A stretch of DNA of 63,902 nucleotides, filler included, from Lama guanicoe (GCA_013239625.1; 149 parts of 149 records of this genome joined end to end with filler, not necessarily neighbours in it), one strand, 5' to 3'; positions 11,473 to 24,341 are shown, counted from the whole stretch's first letter. Notes: a model not told the origin generated them from the sequence alone. Program-made: numbers and translations.

Positions 11473-12001
11473 NNNNNNNNNNNNNNNNNNNNNNNNNNNN
11501 NNNNNNNNNNNNNNNNTTAATTAATTAANNNNNNNNNNNNNNNNNNNNNNNNNNNNNNNNNNNNNNNNNNNNGAAGCCAAAAATCCTAGCCAAGTTATCT
11601 GCATCTCCAAAGACTCCAAAAGGTTTATAAATACCTGGATAAGGAACTGAACGTTTTATCGTTAACCTGGATGTCTTTAACGAGGTGGACACAGCTTCTG
11701 TGAGTAATTCAATTGCCCAAACCGAGCAGATAGAGAAATAACGCTTTATATCCTCTGGAATTTACAAATACCTGGGTTCAGCTGGAAGGTGAGAGCACGC
11801 AATAGTTCTGAGCCTTGTAGCGAAGGAGAGAAACTGTAATTCCTATCAGGTTGGCATTTAAGAGACTTCACTGCTCTCTTGATACTCAGCAGTGATTTTT
11901 ANNNNNNNNNNNNNNNNNNNNNNNNNNNNNNNNNNNNNNNNNNNNTTAATTAATTAANNNNNNNNNNNNNNNNNNNNNNNNNNNNNNNNNNNNNNNNNNN
12001 N

Positions 12002-12243
12002 GGATGGATGGATAGATAGATAGATAGATTAGATGGATGGATGGATAGACAGATAGATAGACAGACAGACAGATAGACAGACAGATAGATAGATAGACAG
12101 ATAGATAGACAGACAGATAGATAGATAGGATGGATAGATAGACAGATAAATGATAGACATAGAAGACAGACAGATGATAGTTGATTGATGGATAGATAGA
12201 TACAGTAAATATGCAGGATGGATGGATAGAGAGATGATAGATG
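12002..12243. repeat. Compound tetranucleotide microsatellite (GATA/GACA/GGAT)n
   Basis: Direct tandem gata, gaca and ggat units. Confidence 0.97.
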
Positions 12244-13288
12244 TATATGAAGTTACTTTATTTCTCAATAATTCAATTTTGTTACTTGATTGAGTCAAGA
12301 TTTACACAAACAAAAGGACTGGAAGCAACTNNNNNNNNNNNNNNNNNNNNNNNNNNNNNNNNNNNNNNNNNNNNTTAATTAATTAANNNNNNNNNNNNNN
12401 NNNNNNNNNNNNNNNNNNNNNNNNNNNNNNACCTCCAAAGTCCCAGTTCTCCCCCTGGCATTGGCATCCCCTCTTAGCTGAATCTGGGCTTTTATGTCCT
12501 CCACGCTGGGGGAGGGGCAGGGCAGAGGAGGCCCGCCCCTGGAGACTGAACTCGCCTCCCCCACCAGAGCTGGGGTGCACAAAAGAGCTCCCTGAGATCA
12601 GAGAGATGGGCAGGAGAAGAGGGACCAGAACTGTCTCCAGTCTTTGAACTTAGCATCACCACCCCAGAGTTTCTCAGCTCCCCATTGTGTGCCTAGACTG
12701 GTGCTGTCCCCAGGGAGTACAGACAGTGAAGCCTCCTTCAAAATTCTGATAAAACTGAGNNNNNNNNNNNNNNNNNNNNNNNNNNNNNNNNNNNNNNNNN
12801 NNNTTAATTAATTAANNNNNNNNNNNNNNNNNNNNNNNNNNNNNNNNNNNNNNNNNNNNCCCCCCCCACCTGCAGGCACTGCAGAAGCTGTAGTTCAGGT
12901 AAAACATTCTCTCTAATTGCTATCTTGCCACACGACCTCCCCAAATCGAGATATTTGCAAAGTCCTTTCTTACATTGCAAGGCAGTTATTTACTTCCTTG
13001 ATTTCCTTCTTCTCCAGAAGCTCAGAGGAATTAAAGTGGTATTTCCTATTTATTGCTGAAAAGACCTTGAGACATTTGTTTCTGGCCATTTGGGAATTAA
13101 TACTCTGAATCCATTATGACAAACTACAACATAAAAGAAACACACATTTGATAAAGCACAAAAAGTTTATTTTTTGAAATGTATTGCTNNNNNNNNNNNN
13201 NNNNNNNNNNNNNNNNNNNNNNNNNNNNNNNNTTAATTAATTAANNNNNNNNNNNNNNNNNNNNNNNNNNNNNNNNNNNNNNNNNNNN

Positions 13289-13616
13289 TGGAATACTACT
13301 CAGCCACAAAAAAGAATGAAATAATGCCATTTGCAGCCACGTGGATCAACCTAGAGATTATCATATTAAGTGACGTAAGTCAGACAGAGAAAGACATATA
13401 TCATATGATTTCACTTATATATGGAATCTTAAAAAATGATGTCAGTAAACAAAACAGAAACAGATTCACAGATATAGAAAGCAAACTTACAGCTACTAGG
13501 GGGAAGAGGGTGTGAAGGGATAAATTGGGAGTTCGAATTTTGCAGATACTACCTACTATATATAAGCTAGATAAACAACAAGGTCCTACTATATAGCACA
13601 GGGAACTATATTCAGT
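13289..13616 (+). mobile_element. Young L1 ORF2 end and 3' UTR (camelid-type)
   Basis: [45 protein letters not shown] is followed by the 3' UTR gggataaattgggagttcgaattttgcagatact...tatagcacagggaactatattc. Confidence 0.95.
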
Positions 13617-14699
13617 NNNNNNNNNNNNNNNNNNNNNNNNNNNNNNNNNNNNNNNNNNNNTTAATTAATTAANNNNNNNNNNNNNNNNNNNNNNNNNNNN
13701 NNNNNNNNNNNNNNNNCCCCCATGGTCCTCCTCCCATGTGCCCTCTTTCACTTCCCTGAGTCAGAAACTTGAGAACAAAATATGACTTCTTTCCTTCTTC
13801 CCACTTCCAAATCACCACCAAACCTTGTCAGTCCTGTCTCCCCAAAACCTACTGAATGTAGAGAGATAATTCTCTCAGAATTGCTGCAGACTTTGTTCTT
13901 CTGTGTCTGATTTTGCCCACGCCCAATCTGTCCTCCATCCTGCAGTCTGCATATCTTTAAAAAGCTTAAAATCTATACTATAACCTTTTTCCACAAACAC
14001 ATCCATCTGTCACAAGTGTCCCTGAATGAAGTCCAGGGTCTGTGTNNNNNNNNNNNNNNNNNNNNNNNNNNNNNNNNNNNNNNNNNNNNTTAATTAATTA
14101 ANNNNNNNNNNNNNNNNNNNNNNNNNNNNNNNNNNNNNNNNNNNNCAGTTGGGAAGTGGCAAAGTCAGGATCTCCAAGGAACCTGTCTCCAAGTGCCTAT
14201 GTTAATCACTCCACCCTCCTAATAATAAATTATCAAAATAATCTGTTATGTTGTTAAATAGTTAGCATCCAGATAACATGGCATGGTGCCCATTTCTACA
14301 TCTCCATTATCTGTACCTGTGGGAAGAGATGGGAGATGGTCCAAACATTTGGCCTCAGTAACCTGCTTCCCTGCCCTCTTGGATGTGATAAGCGCCTTGC
14401 AGAACTTGTCTGATGTGAAATTAAACTCAAGGGCAATAAAGGTGGTCAGCTGAAAATAATCCCAAGGGGAACCTNNNNNNNNNNNNNNNNNNNNNNNNNN
14501 NNNNNNNNNNNNNNNNNNTTAATTAATTAANNNNNNNNNNNNNNNNNNNNNNNNNNNNNNNNNNNNNNNNNNNNGGCAGGGAAAGGAAGACGTGGCATCG
14601 AAATGGAGCTCAGGGTGGAACAGAGAGAAAGATCAAGGGAAGGGGAAACTTTAGGGGCTGGGACTTGATAACACACAGACTGGTAAAGTCTTAATCACA

Positions 14700-14880
14700 G
14701 TATCAGTGAGGTGCTTGGTAGATACCAGTCCTGTGCTATAAGCATCCTATGCCTCCACTCATTTGAGCCTCTGTGGAATCCTGTGAGGAACATTTCAACT
14801 CACTTTATAGAAGGGGAAGCTGAGGCACAGAGCAAGTAGGTAACTTGTTCAAGTTAGGAAGATGTTGGAGCCATCAGACA
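14700..14880 (-). mobile_element. MIR SINE fragment
   Basis: cactttatagaaggggaagctgaggcacagag...gtaacttgttcaag corresponds to the MIR core in antisense. Confidence 0.7.
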
Positions 14881-16290
14881 CTAAAGTCAGTACTTTTTTT
14901 TTTNNNNNNNNNNNNNNNNNNNNNNNNNNNNNNNNNNNNNNNNNNNNTTAATTAATTAANNNNNNNNNNNNNNNNNNNNNNNNNNNNNNNNNNNNNNNNN
15001 NNNCCACTCCCACCAGAGGTCTGTGACTTTAGGGCTGGTTATGTAACAAGAACGTGCCTAAGGAGCTCAGGCCAAGATAACATTTTGGGCTCCCTTGTTT
15101 CAAGGTCCCCCACGCTCTTATCAGTGGTTCCTAATCTGAAAGTGGGCACATCTGCAGTTGGAGCCTGGGCTTGGCCTCGCCAGAGGCAGTTTGTGATTGT
15201 GAGGCATAGCTTGACCTTAATAGTGTTGCTCTGGTGCATCTTTATCCTGCAGTAATCCGCAGATGCAAACCGTTGTCATTTTCCATCCTGTGAATCTTCT
15301 TTGGCAGTTAATTCTATCAGACTGTCACCACCNNNNNNNNNNNNNNNNNNNNNNNNNNNNNNNNNNNNNNNNNNNNTTAATTAATTAANNNNNNNNNNNN
15401 NNNNNNNNNNNNNNNNNNNNNNNNNNNNNNNNTGCTCTTTCCACTTCTAGAGTAAACTAACATGTGATTATTCTCCCATTTTTTCCTGTGCCCAGTTCTC
15501 TAAGGGTCCATACCCCCTCCTGGGATGCCATTTTCACCCAGTTTTGATCTACCCTAGCCTTGATCTCAAAGAGCCATGCTCTGGGTTCTTCTTTCTCAAC
15601 GACTTCTCGTAACTGATGATGACCTGAGTGGGGTTTTTCTTCAAGACAGCTCCTAAAACACAGTCTGTTAATGAAAGCCCCTCTCTCTGTTACCTATAAC
15701 AGGAGATGAGATAGCAGAAGCCTGACTGTTGTCTTTTTTCTGTAATGCCTAAATTCAGCAANNNNNNNNNNNNNNNNNNNNNNNNNNNNNNNNNNNNNNN
15801 NNNNNTTAATTAATTAANNNNNNNNNNNNNNNNNNNNNNNNNNNNNNNNNNNNNNNNNNNNTGAGGCAGTCACAGATAAGAACATTCTACCTTTTGTCTA
15901 GTTTTGTACCAAGGACGGACCCATTCATAACCACACCTCTGCGTCTGGAATTTTACATTCTAACCTTTCATCCATTCAGTAACACAGTCAAAACCTCCAC
16001 ACATCTTCCTTCCCATGTTTAAGTTATTTGGGGTTTTCTCTTTTCGTTTCATATCTATTTCATTCCGGACCTTCCTTTAATAACTCATAGATGTACTATT
16101 AAAATCCTCTGCTTCCTTTTATTGCTTCCTCCAAGAAATCTTCCTTGCCAAGGTTACTGAGCGTGAAGAACTGTTAAGTTCTTGGAAGTGNNNNNNNNNN
16201 NNNNNNNNNNNNNNNNNNNNNNNNNNNNNNNNNNTTAATTAATTAANNNNNNNNNNNNNNNNNNNNNNNNNNNNNNNNNNNNNNNNNNNN

Positions 16291-16352
16291 AAAAAATAAA
16301 TAAATGAATAAAACTAATTACCTCCCCTGCCAAAAAAAATTAAAAAAAGAAA
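16291..16352 (+). mobile_element. 3' tail of camelid tRNA-derived SINE (vic-1-like)
   Basis: aaataaataaatgaataaaactaattacctcccc followed by poly(A) matches the recalled vic-1 tail. Confidence 0.65.
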
Positions 16353-16439
16353 ACATAGTCAAGGAAAGAGGATGACTGAGGATGGTTGTAGCATGTGGGA
16401 ACAACCAGAGCACAGGCACCTCATATGAGGTGTATGCTG

Positions 16440-16545
16440 TTATACCTACCTAGGGAAAACTGAGACTCAGAGAGGGTGGGTAATCTGGTCTGGGTAACAG
16501 AGCTAGTAAGTGGTGAAACTGGGTTATGAACCGTCTGATGACCTC
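16440..16545 (-). mobile_element. MIR SINE fragment
   Basis: gaaaactgagactcagagagg...acagagctagtaagtggtgaaactgggttatgaacc. Confidence 0.75.
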
Positions 16546-16719
16546 CATATACCACGAAGTTCCCTTCATGTCCCTCCACAGCATAGGAAATTTAGTTAGT
16601 AAGAAGTCCATTATGATAANNNNNNNNNNNNNNNNNNNNNNNNNNNNNNNNNNNNNNNNNNNNTTAATTAATTAANNNNNNNNNNNNNNNNNNNNNNNNN
16701 NNNNNNNNNNNNNNNNNNN

Positions 16720-16910
16720 TTTTTTTTTTTTAATCCTACCTGGTTATGTGATCTTTTCTGCAGCTTTGGTTGTATAAGAGATCTTATACAGTTTCCAGTT
16801 GGTTTTCTGTGAGAATTGTTCACACCTTGCAGGTGTGTTTTTCATGAGTTTGTGGAGGGAGGTGAGCTCCACAGTCACCTTCTGCTCTACCATCTTCATC
16901 CTCTGCCTAT
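16720..16910 (-). mobile_element. L1 5'/ORF1-proximal fragment
   Basis: ttccagttggttttctgtgagaattgttc...tgtgtttttcatgagtttgtggagggaggtgagctccac...ctctaccatctt resembles a cetartiodactyl L1 5' region in antisense. Confidence 0.55.
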
Positions 16911-17326
16911 TTTGATTTATTAATTGACTATCCTATACCCCTATGTGGTGTTATGTTTTGCCAGAATAATGTTTCTATAAACACCCTTGTGGATAAATAT
17001 TTTCCCAGTTGTCGATTATTTTATTAAGTATAGAGTCCTATACAGGGCNNNNNNNNNNNNNNNNNNNNNNNNNNNNNNNNNNNNNNNNNNNNTTAATTAA
17101 TTAANNNNNNNNNNNNNNNNNNNNNNNNNNNNNNNNNNNNNNNNNNNNCCACACACAAGAGAGTCTCTGGAGTCCTGAGATTTGTGAAGTTCCTCAAAGT
17201 GACTGCAGCACCTTGCTTCAATATAATCCCTTAGCTTGTCTTCCGTGATGGCTTGACCTGCCAGAAGTGCGGGGGAAATTGGAGGTTGGGCTCTAAAATG
17301 AAGTATTAGTGATTGCCTATCCACAG

Positions 17327-17477
17327 GATGTGGAGGAGTTAAACCAACATCCTCCATCCAAGAAATACCTGTGCCCCAAGAAAATTGTGTGGACTCTGTT
17401 TCGACACCGCCAGCACAATTACGAAGACGTGTTCTGGTTTCCTGAGTGTGGGGAGGCTCCTCCAACTAACAGCAGCA
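17327..17477 (+). CDS. Candidate exon of unidentified gene
   Basis: Acceptor tgattgcctatccacag| is followed by a CpG-retaining open frame DVEELNQHPPSKKYLCPKKIVWTLFRHRQHNYEDVFWFPECGEAPPTNSS. An alternative frame reads GCGGVKPTSSIQEIPVPQENCVDSVSTPPAQLRRRVLVS*. Confidence 0.3.
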
Positions 17478-18435
17478 NNNNNNNNNNNNNNNNNNNNNNN
17501 NNNNNNNNNNNNNNNNNNNNNTTAATTAATTAANNNNNNNNNNNNNNNNNNNNNNNNNNNNNNNNNNNNNNNNNNNNTTTTTTTTTTTTCTACACACCTG
17601 CATCCACCCAAGAAAAGCAGAACAGATTATAATTCTTCACTGACACAAAGTGTCATTTCTTCACCTCGAATGTTTAGAAAGCGGTAGTAACTGCAGAAAG
17701 TTTTGGTTGTAAAGTTTCTGCTTTGATCACACATCTGATCACAAGGGTTTGTGTGCTTCAGCTTCGGAACAGATGGATGAGACTAAACTCCAGCTCTGTT
17801 AACTCTGAGCTGTCAAAGTGGAAGCAAAAAGTATCTCTTAATAGAGGAAGAATGTGAACAAAATTTACAGCTCAAGGCTCTGCCAACTCCCTGATCAAAT
17901 TGTTTTNNNNNNNNNNNNNNNNNNNNNNNNNNNNNNNNNNNNNNNNNNNNTTAATTAATTAANNNNNNNNNNNNNNNNNNNNNNNNNNNNNNNNNNNNNN
18001 NNNNNNACATCAAGTATTGAGTGTGCATTTTACAGCTTACACAGAGCCATAAGCTCGGGAGCACATCCAGTGTTTCAGAAATGCCCTTGACCACAAAATC
18101 ATTGACTGGCTGCTGAGGTTTGACAGTGGACGACAGGCCATTATCCCCAAGTCAGACAAGACTCCCATTAGGGTCCCTTCCCCGCCAGTCCTGGGTCTTG
18201 CAGCAGGAAGACACTGCAAACTCAAACAGTTCAGAATAAACTCACAGGAATCTCAGGCAATCAAGGACCTCACAGCTCATCTGCCGGGACCACTCATTTT
18301 TATAAATAAGGACTTTGACACCCAGAAGAGGGAGANNNNNNNNNNNNNNNNNNNNNNNNNNNNNNNNNNNNNNNNNNNNTTAATTAATTAANNNNNNNNN
18401 NNNNNNNNNNNNNNNNNNNNNNNNNNNNNNNNNNN

Positions 18436-18625
18436 CCATGAGCCAAGGAATGTGGGAGGCCCCTTAAAAACCAGAAGAAGAAAGGAAACATTCTTCTCTA
18501 GAGCCTCCAGAAGGAACGTGCCTGGCCAGCACCTATGTTTTAGACCTTTGACCATCAGAAACCTAAGATAATAAATTTCTGTAATTTTAGCCACCCAGTT
18601 TGAGGTTTGTCTCAGCAGCCCCAAG
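18436..18625 (+). mobile_element. MaLR LTR (MLT1C/D-like) 3' part
   Basis: ccatgagccaaggaatgt...ggaaacattcttctctagagcctccagaaggaac...taagataataaatttctgt...gccacccagtttg. Confidence 0.85.
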
Positions 18626-20737
18626 AGGGTCATACATGGGGCTTCTTGGAGATAGGGAATGTGCCAACATCCTCTCAGCTCCTCCCCTCTGTGGTCCCTG
18701 CCTGGAGTGCTCTCAGCCCTCCTCACAGTGTACCCACTCCTGGTTGCTCAAGGCCAGGGGAAGGNNNNNNNNNNNNNNNNNNNNNNNNNNNNNNNNNNNN
18801 NNNNNNNNTTAATTAATTAANNNNNNNNNNNNNNNNNNNNNNNNNNNNNNNNNNNNNNNNNNNNGGGGCTGATACTCAAATCCATTTCCCGAACCACAGC
18901 ACTCTGTTGCTCCAATAAACAGAGGAACTGTGTTATCAAGGAGTGAAGGCAGGGGCAGAAGGGTTCCAGCTCTCGCCTAACTTCACAGAGGTTGTTATTG
19001 GTGAGTCTGGGATTACAGAGCGCCGTTTGCGTCCCTTGAGCCTCCCTGCTGTAGCTGCTGTAGCCGCTCCCGCCAGAGGCGCTGGATTACTCTGCTGTAC
19101 CTTTCCTTTACAATGACCACCTGGCACTTGGGCAACTTAAAACCAAATTTAAAGCTAGTGTTCAACTGGTTGCTGCAAGCAGAGATGGTTACTNNNNNNN
19201 NNNNNNNNNNNNNNNNNNNNNNNNNNNNNNNNNNNNNTTAATTAATTAANNNNNNNNNNNNNNNNNNNNNNNNNNNNNNNNNNNNNNNNNNNNCTTTCCA
19301 AGTCTTAGCCAAAACCTCAGCCAGTTTCTCTATTCCTTAGCAGCAGTTGGTACAAACCCCAGAAGGTAATCCTCTTGGCCAAGCCCACTATCACTAAATG
19401 CTTCCAGAGTAAAGATGGCTGTAGAATTCACCTTACCTCCTCGAGGTCTTTGTCTCCCCAGAGTTTCAGCCTATACAGTTCTTAAAGCCTCAGCAGCTAT
19501 CCAGTGCTTTTAGCTGGATGATTTCTGCATTTTCTCTGACATATTTGGCTTTATCAGTAGAAATATTGGTCTGACACGAGCTATCCCAACCATTCAAAAG
19601 TGGAACTTCTTCCAGACCTTTTNNNNNNNNNNNNNNNNNNNNNNNNNNNNNNNNNNNNNNNNNNNNTTAATTAATTAANNNNNNNNNNNNNNNNNNNNNN
19701 NNNNNNNNNNNNNNNNNNNNNNTATTATTTTTTTAATCGAAGCTTTTAAATGAAATCCAATTCATGTTTTGCTCCCAATACAAAATTCTCTCTTCCTAGG
19801 AGATTTCACTTGCAAAAGAACAAGCATATTATCTGCTCTGTAATTCAGATGATAGATATACATATACTAGACGATAAATAAAATCATCCAAATGCTGCCC
19901 AAGTTTCAAAATGAATTGCGTATGACCATCTCTTAAAGGCAATGTTCATCAATTTCATTGCAGAATTTTCTTCTGTTTATAAATTGAAAATGAAACACTG
20001 GAAAAAGCCTCTTTTTAGTGATTCATATATATTTTATGAAACATGGTTTTTNNNNNNNNNNNNNNNNNNNNNNNNNNNNNNNNNNNNNNNNNNNNTTAAT
20101 TAATTAANNNNNNNNNNNNNNNNNNNNNNNNNNNNNNNNNNNNNNNNNNNNTTTTTTTTTTAAGGTTGCATCACTTGGAGAAGTGGTTTTTAAATTTGTT
20201 CAATCATTTGAAAATATTTATTAAGCAACTACTGTGTATCACACTGTTCCAGCTATTAAAGATCTATTGATGAAAATACAAAAGTCTTGAAGTGACCAAG
20301 GGGACACATTTAAATAAATAATTTTGGTGTTATTAAAATATAATAATGGTTATATTCTTAATATAAGAGTTAAGAAAAAGAGCTAGCTTTTCAAGGAAAC
20401 ATGAGTTACCATTTAATGTTCAGAACCAATAAAACAAGATGTTAAGGATAACCAGAAAAAAAGGAAAAAAAGAAAAAAAANNNNNNNNNNNNNNNNNNNN
20501 NNNNNNNNNNNNNNNNNNNNNNNNTTAATTAATTAANNNNNNNNNNNNNNNNNNNNNNNNNNNNNNNNNNNNNNNNNNNNTAGCTGGAACACTTTGAATG
20601 AAGCCATTCAAACAGTCATTAACCCTCTCCATGGTTTGTATGTACTCCTTCAACAGGACGTGTTGCATCAGTAACAGTTACTCATTATTTTCATTTCTGC
20701 TTTCAGAATATAACCCAGGAAAAGAAGAGGCTCATAC

Positions 20738-20815
20738 CTTAAACTTCAGTGTTTCCTCAGAGAGCATCTTCTTTTGCCTAATGGTCTTCCCTAAGCATTT
20801 CTTTGTATCATTGGT
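20738..20815 (-). CDS. Candidate 78-nt phase 0-0 exon (TNDTKKCLGKTIRQKKMLSEETLKFK), coiled-coil-like
   Basis: Minus strand: acceptor tttccttttattacatatttgcatag|, 26 open codons, donor AAG|gtatga. Confidence 0.45.
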
Positions 20816-21200
20816 CTATGCAAATATGTAATAAAGGAAACAGAATTACAAATACTAATTACACTGCTAGCCGAACCTATCTTGTGTGTGACCCCTTCCA
20901 CTAATACAGNNNNNNNNNNNNNNNNNNNNNNNNNNNNNNNNNNNNNNNNNNNNTTAATTAATTAANNNNNNNNNNNNNNNNNNNNNNNNNNNNNNNNNNN
21001 NNNNNNNNNGTTTGTTTTACTGAGGTAAAATAAAATGAGAATAGTTGAATATAGTCTCATAAAAATATTCTGTCCAGTCAAATTTTCATGATTCAGAAGT
21101 GACTGAATAACTACTTCTAATTTTTGTTACTCTGAGGTGTTTTAACTAAAATATATTAAATATTATTATTAAATAATTAAAACGCTTACTTTTTTTATAG

Positions 21201-21308
21201 ATGAAAAATGTGAACCACTATGACATAGATGTAAAGTTGGAGAAATTACCATCGGGCATCATAGAAACCCTGAAAATATTCCAGGAATCCTTCGGATATC
21301 TTTGCTAG
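21201..21308 (+). CDS. Candidate terminal coding exon (MKNVNHYDIDVKLEKLPSGIIETLKIFQESFGYLC*)
   Basis: Strong acceptor cttactttttttatag| follows AT-rich intron-like DNA. The composition then shifts, with one open frame to TAG. Confidence 0.4.
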   Translation: MKNVNHYDIDVKLEKLPSGIIETLKIFQESFGYLC

Positions 21309-21540
21309 AAAGTGCCAGAGTGCTCGTATGGCAGATCTNNNNNNNNNNNNNNNNNNNNNNNNNNNNNNNNNNNNNNNNNNNNTTAATTAATTAANNNNNN
21401 NNNNNNNNNNNNNNNNNNNNNNNNNNNNNNNNNNNNNNGAGTCACAGTGTTTGTGACAGTGATGGGAAAATAGACACAAAACTGTGATTCAGGGCAGGAA
21501 AAGATCCACGTCATGAGTACATTTCTATAGGGATTTAAAA

Positions 21541-21752
21541 CAGGTGTTGGCAAACTTTTTCTGCAATGGGCTAGATGGAAATATTTTTAGCTTTGTGGGT
21601 GGTTGGTCTAAGTCACCACTGTGCAGCTCTGAGGTAGGGTGAAGCAGCTCCTGCAGCTTGGTAGCCAAGTCAGGGTGACTGCTTCTCAACAAACCTTCTT
21701 TACAGAGAGACTGGATTTGGCCTCCTTGCCTGGCATAGCTTGCTGACCCCTG
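21541..21752. mobile_element. MER58A-like hAT-Charlie MITE, full length
   Basis: TIRs caggtgttggcaaact ... agcttgctgacccctg; 8-bp imperfect TSD atttaaaa / gtttaaag; length 212 nt. Confidence 0.85.
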
Positions 21753-21867
21753 GTTTAAAGCAAGGAGNNNNNNNNNNNNNNNNNNNNNNNNNNNNNNNNN
21801 NNNNNNNNNNNTTAATTAATTAANNNNNNNNNNNNNNNNNNNNNNNNNNNNNNNNNNNNNNNNNNNN

Positions 21868-22196
21868 TTTTTTCAGCAGAAAATAAGAAGTGTTGGCAAA
21901 GATACGGAGAAACTGGGAAGTTTTGTACTTTCATAGTGGAAGTACAAAATGATGCAGTCATTGTGGAAAACAGTATGGCTGTCCTCAAAATATTAAACAT
22001 AGAATTAATATTTGATTAAGCCATTCTCCTTGTGAGTACACAACTAAAAGAACTGAAAAGATGGACTCGAGCAATTGTCTATTATCAATGTTCTTGGAAG
22101 CATTGTTCATGAGAGCCAAAAGGTGGAAGCTACCCAATTGTCTATCAGTGGGTAAATGGAGAAACAAAATGTGGTATATACAAGCCTTTAAAAAAA
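21868..22196 (+). mobile_element. L1M ORF2 C-terminal fragment
   Basis: aagtgttggcaaagatacggagaaactgg...gtggaaaacagtatggc...ccaaaaggtggaagctacccaattgtc...aaatgtggtatataca. Confidence 0.9.
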
Positions 22197-23154
22197 NNNN
22201 NNNNNNNNNNNNNNNNNNNNNNNNNNNNNNNNNNNNNNNNTTAATTAATTAANNNNNNNNNNNNNNNNNNNNNNNNNNNNNNNNNNNNNNNNNNNNGTCT
22301 CATTAATCTTCAAAAGCTAGTTTTGGAGGCAAGTTTAGCATATATGAAGCAATTACAGACCATTACCAGGAAGAGCATAAATCTGCCAAAGTGCATAGCA
22401 TAGTCTGTGAATTTTGAGTGCCACTGCATTTCATGGGAAAAGATCAGTGGGAACTATAATTATCATGGGATCCTCCATAAAGCAGGAAATATGAAGTGTT
22501 CCTTGTAAAATGGATGGCCATCGGAATGCAGAAACACAGGGGAAAGCCATTCCAGTGGAGAGAATAGCACAGGGAAGTTCGTAACAGTGAAATAAAAAAA
22601 GAAAAACCCACTGCATTGCATAGTGNNNNNNNNNNNNNNNNNNNNNNNNNNNNNNNNNNNNNNNNNNNNTTAATTAATTAANNNNNNNNNNNNNNNNNNN
22701 NNNNNNNNNNNNNNNNNNNNNNNNNGAGGTGGCCAGGCTGCTGCCCTAAGGATGCTGATACACGGCGACCCAGGCCTCCAGTCCTGGTGACCCTGACCTC
22801 CGGTTCTTCTCCAGGTCCAAGCTCACCCGCATAGCATCCCAGACCAGGCATACAGAGAGGAATTCCCCACCCTCCTCCAGGGTCCTGGTCATTTACTTAC
22901 ACCAAAGCTAGAAGGTGTAAATTAGGAGCCATAAATAACCCTAGTTGACCCCTCCCTTGTAATCTTTGGGCACCATCCCAGAGCAAGCCCATAGCTACCC
23001 ACCAGCTCCCTCTCCCTCTGTCCTGCTCTGGGACCCCTCTCCTTCCAGCTCTTCNNNNNNNNNNNNNNNNNNNNNNNNNNNNNNNNNNNNNNNNNNNNTT
23101 AATTAATTAANNNNNNNNNNNNNNNNNNNNNNNNNNNNNNNNNNNNNNNNNNNN

Positions 23155-23483
23155 AAGACATCAACAAAGACGTGAATTTCTACATATGCAAATTAAGGAA
23201 ACATAAAATGAATATCAATACAGAGAACTCGAAACCAAAAACTTGGTTTCATAAAGATTACAAGCTCTGGCAAGATTAATAGAGAAAAAAGTGGATACAG
23301 TTACACATAATTTTAGAAGTACAAATTTGAATATAACTAAAATTGCTCCAGAAAATTAAAAAATAAGAAAAATGAAAACTTGACACACAATGAATATACT
23401 TATAGAAATAAGTAAATTTCTAGAATAATGAAAATTAATAAAATTGATTCCAAGGAGAAAAAATCTAAAAGTCACATGAACTT
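23155..23483 (+). mobile_element. Ancient L1 (L1ME-like) ORF2 fragment
   Basis: A-rich, with aaaccaaaaacttggtt...ctctggcaagattaat...aaatttctagaa motifs. Confidence 0.6.
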
Positions 23484-23583
23484 NNNNNNNNNNNNNNNNN
23501 NNNNNNNNNNNNNNNNNNNNNNNNNNNTTAATTAATTAANNNNNNNNNNNNNNNNNNNNNNNNNNNNNNNNNNNNNNNNNNNN

Positions 23584-23783
23584 TGAGAAGTAACTCCTCA
23601 ACCATTGAAGATTTATCATGAGATTTCAGCAATTCACTCATATCTTCAGGCAGTTCTAATTCTAGTTGTCTTGCCATTTCTACCACGTCTGCAGTTACTT
23701 CCTTCACTGAAGTCTTAAGCCCCTCAAAGTCATCCATGATGGTTAGAATCAACTTCTTTCAAATTCCTGTTTATGTTGACATT
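23584..23783 (-). mobile_element. Tigger1 (pogo/TcMar) transposase 3' fragment
   Basis: Minus frame LTIMDDFEGLKTSVKEVTADVVEMARQLELELPEDMSELLKSHDK matches the recalled Tigger1 transposase C-terminus. Confidence 0.93.
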
Positions 23784-24227
23784 CTTTTTTTCCCCCACTT
23801 TTTCCGTATTTTGTCATTCAGTAGAGATGCAAAGTAATAGCTCACAGGCTCTGTATAATAGCGTTCCTGAGATTGATGACATCCATCACCTCACCAAGCA
23901 ACTTCTCCAGACNNNNNNNNNNNNNNNNNNNNNNNNNNNNNNNNNNNNNNNNNNNNTTAATTAATTAANNNNNNNNNNNNNNNNNNNNNNNNNNNNNNNN
24001 NNNNNNNNNNNNAAAAACATATCTTAAGCACTTGTCAGTAAGAGAATATGCCTGGTATCTGCCTTTTCAGTAAAGAAGCACTGGGTCACTCACTATCTCA
24101 ACCTACACAAGTTACAAACCTCTACTTCTGAATTCACACAAGTTTGCAGAACTCCAGCAAAGCAGTTGAGCACTTTCTTCTTTCTGCTGGGATGTTCTGG
24201 TTGTGAATGAACCTTTGTGTCTTGTAG

Positions 24228-24341
<114 letters not shown>

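Noticed and set aside
12029..12298. 89-aa SIYL-rich ORF
   Set aside because: Translation of a (TATC)n microsatellite.
19068..19084. CTCF-like motif ccgccagaggcgctg
   Set aside because: It is one base short of the CCASYAGRKGGCRS spacing.
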